A DNA stretch of 60,453 nucleotides from a bacterium (GCA_025360845.1 JANYBJ010000148.1:1-60453), one strand, 5' to 3'. Numbered from the stretch's first letter, positions 17,430 to 27,096 are shown. Program-made: numbers and translations. The notes: a model not told the origin generated them from the letters alone.

Positions 17430-19331
17430 CTATTTACCGTCAATCGTAAACCAAAATTCCAGCAGGCGGCCGATGATCTGGCAGCCGCGGTCATTGGCGT
17501 GGACGGCGTCGCCCATGAACCAGCCGTAGGTCTTGCCGCTGTCCTGAATATACGTCCACCAAGGGCTGGTCATGTCGAAGAAGGCGCACTTCTCTTCCGC
17601 CGCGACCTTCTGCATGTTGAAGCGGAAATTGCCGGTCGTCGTATCGATCTCGCGCGTGAAGGTTCTGATGTGCTCGTCGCGCGTCGAACCGAAGACGGGC
17701 GTCAGCAGCAGGACCTCCGTGTCCGGTTTCTGGGCGCGGACCTGCCGGATCACCGACCGGACCGCCTCGGCGTCCCCTTGGTTGGAGATGCCGCCGATGA
17801 CCAGCAGATCCGGGCTGTGCTTCAGCACGTAGTCCTGGACGCGGTTCTCTTCCCGGTAGTACGTGCAGCCGGTCGAACTCCGCAGCGAGGCGATCTTGAC
17901 GACCTGGCATTTCGGATAGTCCCGCATGAGCAGCAGCTCGAACGACGAGCCGGAGGTGTTGCCCATGATGCTGTCGCCCAAGAGCACCATGCGCAGTTCG
18001 CCGCCGTCGCGCAGTTTGCCCACGGTCTTGGGGATGTTCGCGAACCGGTCGGCCGGAGGACGGTAGACGATCGGGTCCATCGCGGCGTAGATCGCATCGA
18101 TCCGCTGCAAGGCGCTCAGCTCGGCGAAGGCGTCCGCGACCGTGCCGTTGAGCAGGAAGCCGCCCACGCGCGCGGCTCCGGCCGAGGCGACCTTCAGGAC
18201 GAGCTCATGCTCGGCCTTCCGGTCCAGCCCCTTGGTCAGTGAGACCGGCCGCAGGGTCGCTCCGGCGAGGTCTTTCGGCACCGGGAGTTTTCTCGGCGCG
18301 GCCCCGTCGACGGCGTATTCGTAGTCGGCGCTGTCCTTGTCCACGACGTCGACGATGCCGATCTCCGAGCCTTTGAATTTCAGCGTCAGCGTCGCGCCCG
18401 CCTGATCGGAGACCAGCAGATGGCGGAACGGCTCGATCGGGCTGGCCTGCCCCGGCTTCCAGGTGCCGGAGCGCCTGACCTGCGGATCCTCGTAGGCGAC
18501 GATCCGCCCGTTGTCGTCCGTTTCCGGAAACAGGGGCGCGGGCAAGACGTACGGCGTGGTCTTTTCCGGCACGGGCGAGGCGGCCATCAGCGCGTCGACG
18601 AAGGCCGCGACCGCATCCGCGTAGATGGTTGCGCCTGCGTCGGTCGGGTTGATGCCGTCGGCGGAGAACGCTTCAAAGGAGATTTCCCCGGCGATGATCT
18701 TTTCCGCCGCGTATTTGGCCAGGTTCAAGCTGGGGATGCCGTAATGCTCGGCGAGCTGTTCGCTGACCTTGATGTACTCGGGCGTCCGGCCCGCCTTATA
18801 GGCCTGAAGCATCTCGGGGGTCAGGGTGTAGACGAGGATGCGGCTGTGCGTGGCGCGGTAGAGGGTGACCTGGCGGATCAGCCCCTCCAGCGACGTCCTG
18901 ACCTGTCCGATGCCGGTGTTGCGGTCGTCGGCGGCGAAATCGAGGATCGCCAGATGCCCGCTGCAGATCACCTCGCCGAAGACGGGCTGGCCCCGGCTGC
19001 AGCGGTACAGCCCGAACCAACTGCCGCCCGGCTGCGAGTGCCGGGTCTCGATCACGCTCGCCGACGGGAAGTGCTTTTTGAAGCCCTTGACCATCTGGGA
19101 GGAATAGCGCAGGTTCTGGTCTTTCAGACCGGTTCCGGCCAGAACGGAGTTGCCGATGAAGAACAGGTATTGATTCCCGACCGTGTCATTCTTGAAATAG
19201 TATTGGCTGTTGGGAATGCCGCCGCGGGTCTGATAATAGTCCGCCTCCGCCGCGGCGGCTGTCCGCGCCGCGCCGACGATCAACAGGGAACCGAAAAGCA
19301 AGCTCTTCACACAGGTCGTAACCATATCCAT
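17430..19331 (-). CDS. Secreted two-domain SGNH/GDSL hydrolase
   Basis: Signal peptide; domain 1 FIGNSV...DGINP, domain 2 LGDSI...GGISN...DAVH. Confidence 0.8.
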   Translation of the reverse strand: MDMVTTCVKSLLFGSLLIVGAARTAAAAEADYYQTRGGIPNSQYYFKNDTVGNQYLFFIGNSVLAGTGLKDQNLRYSSQMVKGFKKHFPSASVIETRHSQPGGSWFGLYRCSRGQPVFGEVICSGHLAILDFAADDRNTGIGQVRTSLEGLIRQVTLYRATHSRILVYTLTPEMLQAYKAGRTPEYIKVSEQLAEHYGIPSLNLAKYAAEKIIAGEISFEAFSADGINPTDAGATIYADAVAAFVDALMAASPVPEKTTPYVLPAPLFPETDDNGRIVAYEDPQVRRSGTWKPGQASPIEPFRHLLVSDQAGATLTLKFKGSEIGIVDVVDKDSADYEYAVDGAAPRKLPVPKDLAGATLRPVSLTKGLDRKAEHELVLKVASAGAARVGGFLLNGTVADAFAELSALQRIDAIYAAMDPIVYRPPADRFANIPKTVGKLRDGGELRMVLLGDSIMGNTSGSSFELLLMRDYPKCQVVKIASLRSSTGCTYYREENRVQDYVLKHSPDLLVIGGISNQGDAEAVRSVIRQVRAQKPDTEVLLLTPVFGSTRDEHIRTFTREIDTTTGNFRFNMQKVAAEEKCAFFDMTSPWWTYIQDSGKTYGWFMGDAVHANDRGCQIIGRLLEFWFTIDGK

Positions 19332-19359
19332 TCCTAACGTGTCTTGGCTGTGATTCACA

Positions 19360-19575
19360 TTATTTCTCGCGTGACTCCCGAACCGCATTCAAAATATCTT
19401 GCGTGGAAACACCCGTTTTGACCCCGGGAACATCGAATGGAGACTTAGCCGCTTTCTTGTATGAAAGGCGGAATGAGTCGCCCCCGCGCCGTGTAATCAC
19501 GACCTCTTCTTTTCTGGCCGTATCTAGGACGGTCGAAAGCTGTTGCCGCGCCTGCGAATAGGTAAATTTTTTCAT
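19360..19575 (-). CDS. Phd/YefM family antitoxin
   Basis: FTYSQARQQLSTVLD...EEVVITRRG. Confidence 0.9.
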   Translation of the reverse strand: MKKFTYSQARQQLSTVLDTARKEEVVITRRGGDSFRLSYKKAAKSPFDVPGVKTGVSTQDILNAVRESREK

Positions 19576-19970
19576 GTGTGAACCTCCAATACATCGATGC
19601 TTAATTCCCGTGCGACACGCGCCATACATCGGTCAAGAGTGAGTAGCGGCAACCTCCGGCTCAGAGCGCACTCGAGAAAATACGCGTCATACGCATAAAT
19701 GCCGAACCGTGCTGCAAGCCCCAATGACGCACGGATGTCGACCGGACATAGTTCGACAGGAATCGTCTGCGCCGCATCCCAAGCAAGCGGCATCTCCGCC
19801 GCCCGCAAGACGCCTTTCTTTAACAGGGCTGACAGCGCATTGCCAATTTCGAACGGCAACACGTCCGGAGCGATCAGGTCATATCCTGTAGTCACCTGAA
19901 TGAGGCCGTCTTTTGCCCTCTCATTCAACGCCACCGCCAGAAACGTGTTTGTATCCGCCACCAATTTCAT
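19572..19970 (-). CDS. vapC: VapC-like PIN domain toxin (upstream of its antitoxin)
   Basis: LVADTN, FEIGNAL, IYAYDAYFLECA, LLTLD; ATGA overlap. Confidence 0.9.
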   Translation of the reverse strand: MKLVADTNTFLAVALNERAKDGLIQVTTGYDLIAPDVLPFEIGNALSALLKKGVLRAAEMPLAWDAAQTIPVELCPVDIRASLGLAARFGIYAYDAYFLECALSRRLPLLTLDRCMARVARELSIDVLEVHT

Positions 19971-20005
19971 ACGTACAATTGTACGTTAAAGGCATTCGAT
20001 TGCAA
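19971..20005 (-). promoter_or_regulatory. Leaderless-type promoter with perfect palindromic operator
   Basis: TTGCAA-16 nt-TACAAT-7 nt-ATG. The palindrome ACGTACAATTGTACGT (19971-19986) covers the -10. Confidence 0.75.
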
Positions 20006-20213
20006 GCGCCAAACAAGGGACGGCGAATTGCCGCGCCACTTCTTGACTTCGGCGGCGTCCAGGATCGCATCCCGGGAGTTCAGCATCGCGGCGTCGATCT
20101 CGCCGGCCTTCTCGCCGGGCGCACAAAAAAAGTCGGCAGGTCCGGCTTTCATGGCCAGCCGGATTCTTGTATTCTACTGCGTATGGCTTAAGTGGTGTGT
20201 CCTGAAATGAAAG

Positions 20214-21110
20214 GTGTCTCGCATGCTCAATATTCCTGTGCTGACAGTCCACGGGCGTTCGCTCGCCGAAACCTTTGAGAAGGCGCTGATCGCCCTTCAT
20301 CGCGACGGCGTCCGCCTGGGCACCCAGTACGACAAGCCGGGCGATCCGCTCAGCATCGACGCGACCATGAACATGACGGTCGAGGAGCCGCTGGCGGACC
20401 CCATGATCCACAAGGCCTTCCCCGGCGGGATCGCGGACCTGCGCGAATACGTCTATGAGCTGGAAGGGCGGAAGGACAGTTGGGTCAAGGCCGTCAACGA
20501 TCCCGCCGACACGCGCTGGGAGTACACCTACCACGGGCGGCTGCAGAATTACGGGCAGTGGAAAGAGAACCGCGAGGGCAAGGCCGTTTTCACCGGACCC
20601 TTTCAGGTGGACCAGGTCGAATACGTCATCGGCAAACTCTGCGCCCAGCCGTTCACGCGGCAGGCCCAGATGATCACCTGGATGCCCAGCCTTGATCTGA
20701 CCTGCTACGATCCGCCCTGCCTGCAGTCCATCTGGTACCGCATCCTCGAAGACGAGCAGGGCGTGCAGTGGCTGAACGTGAACGTCCGCTTCCGCAGCAA
20801 CGACGCCTGGGGCGTGAATTTCATGAACATGTTCGGCTTCGTCATGTTCAACAAAGAGGTCATCGCCGACGAGATCGCGCGGCGCACCGGCAAGACGGTC
20901 AAGCTCGGGCGCATGAACTGGCAGGCCGACTCGTTCCACATCTACGGCAAGGACATCGAGCAGGCCGAGCAGCGCCTCTTCTCGCGGCTGGAGACGACGT
21001 CGTTCGAAGACCGCGTCTATCATTTCTCGGATCCGATGATTCGGGAAATGTATCACGAAGAGGAAGCCTCGATCCTTGCCAAGATCGCGGAGATGAACAA
21101 GCGGATGTGA
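20214..21110 (+). CDS. thyA: Thymidylate synthase, archaeal-like short form
   Basis: YTYHGRL, TRQAQMITW, DPPCLQ, FRSNDA, NMFG, SFHIYG. Confidence 0.85.
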   Translation: MSRMLNIPVLTVHGRSLAETFEKALIALHRDGVRLGTQYDKPGDPLSIDATMNMTVEEPLADPMIHKAFPGGIADLREYVYELEGRKDSWVKAVNDPADTRWEYTYHGRLQNYGQWKENREGKAVFTGPFQVDQVEYVIGKLCAQPFTRQAQMITWMPSLDLTCYDPPCLQSIWYRILEDEQGVQWLNVNVRFRSNDAWGVNFMNMFGFVMFNKEVIADEIARRTGKTVKLGRMNWQADSFHIYGKDIEQAEQRLFSRLETTSFEDRVYHFSDPMIREMYHEEEASILAKIAEMNKRM

Positions 21111-21190
21111 GATGGCGCTTAAGCCCGCCGCCCACGGGGCGGGAATGAACGAGGGCAGTAACTAGAACGCCGAATGTCGAAGTTACCTCC

Positions 21191-21244
21191 GGTAGGGACG
21201 GCTCGCCGAGCCGACCGCGGCGGTTTCGGCGAAACCGCCCTACC
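21191..21244. repeat. REPIN, GTAGGG family
   Basis: ggtagggacggctcgccgagccgacc ... ggcggtttcggcgaaaccgccctacc, an inverted pair with GTAG ends. Confidence 0.8.
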
Positions 21245-21324
21245 GTTTTCAGCATGGCTTAAGTGCGACAAAATGGCCAAGTTATCGACGAGAACGTGTA
21301 CAAACAGGACAGGACAGACAGAGC

Positions 21325-22617
21325 ATGAGAGCACAGGCAGGATTGTTGGCGATGGCGATGTTAATCGCGTGTGCGGTGAGGGCTGAAGACGGCGGGTTTC
21401 CCGATGTCGCGCCGAAGGCCGGGTGGGACACGCTGCCGGCGGCCAAGGCGGATGCCAAGGACTGGCCGTGGTGGCGCGGGCCGACGTGCGACAACATCGC
21501 GCCTGCCGGGCAGAAGCCGCCGCTGACGTGGGGCGCGGGAACCAACATTCTGTGGCAGGTGCGGGTGCCGGGGCTTGGGCACTCGTCGCCGTGTATCGTG
21601 GGCGATCGGATCTACATGACGTCAGGTGATCTGGCGCAAGGGGCCGTGTGGCTCTTCTGTCTGGAGCGCGCCACTGGCAAGACGCTGTGGCAGACCGAGG
21701 TCTACAAGGGTCCGGTCGCGAAGCTGCACGCCGACAATTCTCTGGCCTCCGCGACGCCCGCCTGCGACGGCGAGCGCATCTTCGTGCCGTATCAGACCGA
21801 TCAGGCGGAGGGGCTGGTTGCGGTGAGTCTGGACGGCAAGGTGCTTTGGAACAAGGTGGCCGCGCCCTACAAATCGATCCAGGGATATTCGGCGTCGCCG
21901 GTTTTCTACAAGTCCGCGGTGATCATGCCGATCGAAGGCGGGCTCGGCTGCCGCATGGTGGCGCTGCACCGGGCGACCGGCGAGGTGGTGTGGCGCACGA
22001 CCTTGCGCACGGTCAAGGAGAGCTACGCCACGCCGCTGGTGGCGCGGGTGGCGGGCCGCGACCAACTGCTGCTGATCGGCGGCGAGAGCACGCGCGGCTA
22101 CGATCCTGAGAACGGCGCGCTGCTGTGGGAGTGCGAGGGACCCTCCACGTTCTGCGGCGCGACGCCGGTGGTCAGCGGCGACGTGATGTTTGCGACGGCG
22201 GGCTGGCCCAAGCGGGCCTTGATGGCGATCCGCGCCGACGGCAAAGGGGATGTGACCAAGAGCCATGTGGTGTGGGCCAGCGACGCCAAGGCGGGCTACA
22301 TTCCGTCGCCGATTCTGCGCGACGGGCTGCTGTATGCGGTCAACGACCAGGGGCTGATGCGGTGTTACGATGCCGCTGACGGAAACGTGCTGTGGGAGCA
22401 GGACTTCAAGGCGCCGTTCTACTCCTCGCCGCTGCTGGTAGGCGGGAACATCTTCGTTTTTGACCGCAAGGGCAAAGGGTATGTGATGCCGGCCGGGCGC
22501 ACCGTCGGGCCGGTGATCGCCAATGACCTTCCTTCCGGGGTCTTCGCCGCCCCGGTGATTCTGGACAGCCGGATGTATTTGCGGACGCTGGGCGATTTCT
22601 ACTGTATCGGCGAGTGA
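21325..22617 (+). CDS. PQQ-like beta-propeller repeat protein (BamB-like)
   Basis: Signal peptide; DWPWWRGP, GHSSP, repeated tryptophan-docking motifs (TGKTLW, GKVLW, TGEVVW). Confidence 0.9.
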   Translation: MRAQAGLLAMAMLIACAVRAEDGGFPDVAPKAGWDTLPAAKADAKDWPWWRGPTCDNIAPAGQKPPLTWGAGTNILWQVRVPGLGHSSPCIVGDRIYMTSGDLAQGAVWLFCLERATGKTLWQTEVYKGPVAKLHADNSLASATPACDGERIFVPYQTDQAEGLVAVSLDGKVLWNKVAAPYKSIQGYSASPVFYKSAVIMPIEGGLGCRMVALHRATGEVVWRTTLRTVKESYATPLVARVAGRDQLLLIGGESTRGYDPENGALLWECEGPSTFCGATPVVSGDVMFATAGWPKRALMAIRADGKGDVTKSHVVWASDAKAGYIPSPILRDGLLYAVNDQGLMRCYDAADGNVLWEQDFKAPFYSSPLLVGGNIFVFDRKGKGYVMPAGRTVGPVIANDLPSGVFAAPVILDSRMYLRTLGDFYCIGE

Positions 22618-22698
22618 GGGACTTCGGTCTTGGGTTGACAAGTGGGCATCGGGGCAACGACAATAACGCCCGCTTAACACGCATGAAGGAAATGACTG

Positions 22699-23991
22699 AT
22701 GAGCTACCGGGAAGAGACTTTTCTGAAGCAGAACGGACTGGATGTGGAGGGGATTGACCGCGAGGCGCTGCTGGCGGTGTTCGAGGAGGAGATGAATGCC
22801 GGATTGGCGGGCCAGCCTTCATCGCTGATGATGATCCCGTCGTTCATTTCCATCGATAAGCCGGTCAAGACCGACACGCCCGTGACGGTGCTGGACGCGG
22901 GCGGCACGAACCTGCGTGCGGCCGTCGTGAAAATCAACGCGGCGGGCAAGCCGGAGATCGGCGCGTTTTCGAAGAGCGTGATGCCGGGCACAAAGGGCGA
23001 GATCGACGCCGAGACTTTTTTTGACGCTTTTGCGGACTTCGTGTTGCCGATTGTCGATCAGTCCGATGCCATCGGCTTCTGCTTCTCCTATGCGGCGGAA
23101 ATCACGCCGGACTGCGACGCGCGGCTGATCCGCTGGAGCAAGCAGATTCAGGTGCCCTCCGTGGTCGGCCAGATGATCGGCTCAGGACTCAAGAAACACC
23201 TCGCGCGGCGCGGCTATGAGCGGCGTATCGTGATCCTGAACGACACCGTGGCGACTCTGCTCGCGGGCAAGAGCGCGGGCGTCGCCCGGAATTACTCCGC
23301 GTATGTCGGTTTCATCCTGGGCACCGGCACGAATACGGCCTACGTCGAGCGCAACGCGCGCATCACCAAGCGCACGGATTTGGACAGGGCGGGCTCGATG
23401 GTCATCAACGTCGAGTCCGGCGCGTTCCGGTGCGTGCGGCAGACGCTGTTCGACACGATTCTTGACGCGAACACGATGGACACCGGATACTACATCTTTG
23501 AAAAAATGATCTCCGGCGCCTATCTCGGGGTCTTGGGGCACGTGGTGCTGAAAGAGGCGGCCAAGGCCGGCCTCTTATCGCCTGCCGCCGCCGCGAAGGT
23601 CGCGGAGTGGAAGACGGTCGAGAGCAGGCACCTCGACGAAGCCTGTGCAGGCACGCCGGCAGCGGACAACCCGTTCTCGGATGCGGTCTTCAGCGCGTCT
23701 GACCGGGAGACGATTGCGCGGCTCTGCACGCCGGTCTTCGAGCGTGCCGCGGTGCTGACCGCCGTGAATCTGGCCTCCGCCATCCTCAAGACCGGCGAAG
23801 GCAAAGATCCCGCGCGTCCGGTGTGCGTGAACGTGGACGGGTCCACGTATTATGGCGTGCAGACCGCGCAGTTCAAGACCCGCGTGCAGAGCGAGTTGAA
23901 GCAGTTGCTTGCACCGCGCGGCATCGCTTACGAACTCATTCGCGTGGATGACTCGCCGGTGATCGGCGCGGCGGTGGCGGGGCTGATGTGA
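22699..23991 (+). CDS. Hexokinase (eukaryote-like family)
   Basis: LDAGGTNLR, GFCFSY, ILNDTVATLL, FILGTGTN, INVESG, FEKMISGAYLG, DGS. Confidence 0.92.
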   Translation: MSYREETFLKQNGLDVEGIDREALLAVFEEEMNAGLAGQPSSLMMIPSFISIDKPVKTDTPVTVLDAGGTNLRAAVVKINAAGKPEIGAFSKSVMPGTKGEIDAETFFDAFADFVLPIVDQSDAIGFCFSYAAEITPDCDARLIRWSKQIQVPSVVGQMIGSGLKKHLARRGYERRIVILNDTVATLLAGKSAGVARNYSAYVGFILGTGTNTAYVERNARITKRTDLDRAGSMVINVESGAFRCVRQTLFDTILDANTMDTGYYIFEKMISGAYLGVLGHVVLKEAAKAGLLSPAAAAKVAEWKTVESRHLDEACAGTPAADNPFSDAVFSASDRETIARLCTPVFERAAVLTAVNLASAILKTGEGKDPARPVCVNVDGSTYYGVQTAQFKTRVQSELKQLLAPRGIAYELIRVDDSPVIGAAVAGLM

Positions 23992-23999
23992 AGACATGT

Positions 24000-24070
24000 G
24001 GCTCGTCAGAGCCTCGCCCTCCAAGGGGTTCCGAACACGTCTTTGGAGAGCGAGCGTCCTCGCGAGCCGC
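24000..24070. repeat. REPIN, TGGAGGGCGAG family
   Basis: ggctcgtcagagcctcgccctcca ... tggagagcgagcgtcctcgcgagccgc. Confidence 0.8.
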
Positions 24071-24085
24071 CCGAGGTCAATGCGC

Positions 24086-25447
24086 ATGAAAAAGGTAATT
24101 GGGTCATCGATTGTGCTTCTGCTCGCTACTCATCTGGCGGCCCAGACCACAGGCCTGAACGCGCTGCTCGACGAGGCGGCGTGGAAGCTGGGCCCCGACG
24201 CGTTCATGGGCGATTATCAGGCGCGGGGCTTTGCCCTCGTGGACGGCAAGAAGGCCGCGAAGTCGATCAGCCCTGACCTGCGTTTCCTGGATCTCAAGGT
24301 CTGGGAGGCGCGCGTCTTTTTCGAGCAGGAGGCGCTGAGCCGGGTCGAACTCTCGCTCTACAACAAGGGGGACGCCGGAGACTTGGACCAGGAGGCGTTC
24401 AAGGAGCTGATCACGAAGGTCGGCGACGCGATCAGCGCGTTTGCGGGCTCGAAGGGCATGACCGGCAAGACCTCCAACGACCGCGCCAACTACTATGTCA
24501 ACCGCCGCCAGTGGGCCAAGAAGCCGGTGGGCATCCAGCTCGAATGGGCCTTCGTGAACCCGCACCGCTCGGAGCGTCAGCTCATGCCGTTCCGCGCCGA
24601 GTTCGTGAAGGTTCTGCTGGTGCCGGCCAAAGAGGGCGGCATTGCGGCGGTCACGAGCGGGACGCCGACGTGGGCGGACCCCACCACCGCGCGCACGGTG
24701 AAGGTCAACGTGAAGAGTAACCCCGAGGGCGACGTGTGGGTGGACAATGTTCCGATGGTCGACCAGGGGCAGAAGGGCTATTGCGCGGCGGCTTCGGCGG
24801 AGCGGCTCCTGCGCTATTACGGGCGTCAGGTGGACCAGCACGAGATGGCCCAGCTCGCCGACACGGCCTCTAAGGGCGGCACCTCACTGGAAGGCATGGT
24901 CAGCGCGTTGGACGCGGTCGGCAAGAAATATCAGTTGGACCAGAAAGACCTGATCCGCTCCGACAGCGGCAAAAGTTTCGAGAAAAGCAAGTTCTACGAG
25001 ATGATCGACCAGTACAACCGTCAGGCGAAGCAGAAGAAGAAGGCGACGATCGACTTCATGGAGTTCGCCGAAACGACCGGACCGAACTCGCGCACGATCG
25101 ACACCATGAAAATCTATGCGGCGATGGACGCCGAGACCCTCAAAGAGTCCAAGGTGAAGCAGGCGCAAGCGCTGGAGATGTTTCGCAAGAACATCATCCA
25201 GTACACGGCGCAAGGCGTGCCGGTCGTGTGGGCGTGTGTGGTCGGCAAGTATCCCGAGAAGCCGGACCTGGGCAAGGAGGGCGCGTTCGGCCACATCCGG
25301 CTCATCATCGGCTACAACGCGAAGACCCAAGAGGTCCTTTATTCCGATTCGTGGGGGACGGGACATGAACTCAAGCGTCTGCCGATCGGCGAGGCGTGGA
25401 CCATGACTTTCGGTCTGATGGTGCTCAAGCCGCGCGATGTGCGGTGA
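24086..25447 (+). CDS. Secreted protein with C39-like cysteine peptidase domain
   Basis: Signal peptide; VDQGQKGYCAAAS (Gln/Cys), GHIRLIIGYN, YSDSWG. Confidence 0.85.
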   Translation: MKKVIGSSIVLLLATHLAAQTTGLNALLDEAAWKLGPDAFMGDYQARGFALVDGKKAAKSISPDLRFLDLKVWEARVFFEQEALSRVELSLYNKGDAGDLDQEAFKELITKVGDAISAFAGSKGMTGKTSNDRANYYVNRRQWAKKPVGIQLEWAFVNPHRSERQLMPFRAEFVKVLLVPAKEGGIAAVTSGTPTWADPTTARTVKVNVKSNPEGDVWVDNVPMVDQGQKGYCAAASAERLLRYYGRQVDQHEMAQLADTASKGGTSLEGMVSALDAVGKKYQLDQKDLIRSDSGKSFEKSKFYEMIDQYNRQAKQKKKATIDFMEFAETTGPNSRTIDTMKIYAAMDAETLKESKVKQAQALEMFRKNIIQYTAQGVPVVWACVVGKYPEKPDLGKEGAFGHIRLIIGYNAKTQEVLYSDSWGTGHELKRLPIGEAWTMTFGLMVLKPRDVR

Positions 25448-25455
25448 CGAAGAGA

Positions 25456-25580
25456 AGGTTTTTAGGTGTTTAGACTGTTAGGCTGTAAGGGAGAAAGTTC
25501 TTATGAAAACACGCCCGACAACCAGCCTCCAAGCACGTTTGTATGCCTAACAGCCTAACAGTCCAAACGCCTAACAGCCT
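25456..25580. repeat. Inverted pair of 8-mer (TAGGCTGT-type) tandem arrays enclosing a 15-codon mini-ORF
   Basis: Arms 25456-25490 and 25546-25580 are 30/35 reverse-complementary. Inner ATG 25503 to TAA 25550 reads MKTRPTTSLQARLYA. Confidence 0.8.
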
Positions 25581-25648
25581 CTCTCCCACGGTTACGGGTT
25601 GCAAGCGTAGGGCTGAATGGCGTATTGTATTGACCCTTTGGAGAAAGA

Positions 25649-27091
25649 ATGAGCGATAAAAAAGTGTCGATGGCGGATTTCGAATCGTTGCTGAGTGCGC
25701 AATTGAGCAGCTACCGCAAGGGCTTCAATCCCGGTGACCGGGTGCGCGGCACCGTGAGCAACATCACGAATCAGTACGTGATCCTGGATGTGAGCGCCAA
25801 GCGCGAGGGCCTGGTGCCCATTGCGGACATGACCAACGAGGACGGGGCACTGCGCTGCAAGGTCGGCGATTCCGTCGAGGTGATCTTCGCGGGCATGCAG
25901 AACGGCACGTTCCTCTTCTCCGGCAGCGTCGGCGCCAAACAGGTGATCGACCGCACGCTGGCCGACGCCTACGCGCGCCAGATGCCCGTCGAGGGCTTGG
26001 TCGAGAAAGAGATCAACGGCGGTTACGAAGTGACCGTCTCGGGCAAGCGCGCCTTCTGCCCCTTCTCGCAGATCAGCCTGTTCCGCCAGGAGGGCGCGGA
26101 GTACATCGGCCACAAATTCAGTTTTCTCATCTCCGAGTACGGCGAGGACGACCGCGGCACAAACGTGATCGTCAGCCGCCGCACGCTGCTGGAGAAGGAG
26201 CGCGAGGCGTTGCGTCAGGACCTGATCGAGGACCTGCACGTCGGCATGGTCGCCTCGGGCACGGTCACGCGCATCGTGGAGTTCGGCGTGTTCGTCGACC
26301 TCGGCGGCGTGGAAGGGCTGATCCCGCTCAAGGAGATCGCCTGGGGGCGCGACATCAAGCCCGAGGACGTGGTCAAGACCGGCGACAAGGTGGATGTGCA
26401 GATCAAGGACCTCGACTGGGACCGCAACCGCATCTCGCTCAGCCTGCGCGCCGCGAAGGGCGACCCGTGGGCCGACGCGGTGGCGCGCTTCACCCAAGGC
26501 ACCGTCTTCACCGGCAAGATCACCAAGCTCGAGAAGTTCGGCGCGTTCGCGGAGCTGATCCCCGGCGTCGAGGGCCTGATCCCGATCGGCAAGCTGGGCG
26601 GCGGACGCCGACTCATGTCGGCCCGTGAAGTGGTGACCGAGGGCCAGGAGATTCTGCTGCAGGTCGACAGCGTGGACATCGAGCGCCGCCGCTTCAGCCT
26701 CAAGCCGGTGGATGAGCGCATCGCGGCGCTCAAGCCCGGCGAACTGGCCGAGGGCGCGAAGGTCGACGGCATCGTCGAATCGATCCAGCCCTTCGGCATT
26801 TTCGTGCGCCTCTCCGAAGAGAAGACCGGGCTCCTGCACATCAGCGAGACCGACATCCCCAAGGGCGGCAACCCCGCCGCCAAGCTGGAGCGTCAGTTCC
26901 CGCCGTCGAGCAAGATCGAAGTGGTGATCAAGTCCCTCGAGGGCGACCGCATCTCGCTCACGCTCCCCGCCAAGTGGGAGACCCGCGGCGCCGGCGACGA
27001 GAGCGACGACGTCTCGTCCTGGCTCTCCTCCAACAAGGGCGGCGGCGCGCTGGGCTCGCTCGGCGACGCATTTTCAAAGCTGCAGTTTTGA
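25649..27091 (+). CDS. 30S ribosomal protein S1-like protein (multiple S1 domains)
   Basis: Repeated S1 motifs FGVFVDLGGVEGLI, FGAFAEL.PGVEGLI, FGIFVRL...GLLHISE; RAFCPFSQI. Confidence 0.9.
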   Translation: MSDKKVSMADFESLLSAQLSSYRKGFNPGDRVRGTVSNITNQYVILDVSAKREGLVPIADMTNEDGALRCKVGDSVEVIFAGMQNGTFLFSGSVGAKQVIDRTLADAYARQMPVEGLVEKEINGGYEVTVSGKRAFCPFSQISLFRQEGAEYIGHKFSFLISEYGEDDRGTNVIVSRRTLLEKEREALRQDLIEDLHVGMVASGTVTRIVEFGVFVDLGGVEGLIPLKEIAWGRDIKPEDVVKTGDKVDVQIKDLDWDRNRISLSLRAAKGDPWADAVARFTQGTVFTGKITKLEKFGAFAELIPGVEGLIPIGKLGGGRRLMSAREVVTEGQEILLQVDSVDIERRRFSLKPVDERIAALKPGELAEGAKVDGIVESIQPFGIFVRLSEEKTGLLHISETDIPKGGNPAAKLERQFPPSSKIEVVIKSLEGDRISLTLPAKWETRGAGDESDDVSSWLSSNKGGGALGSLGDAFSKLQF

Positions 27092-27096
27092 GGAAA

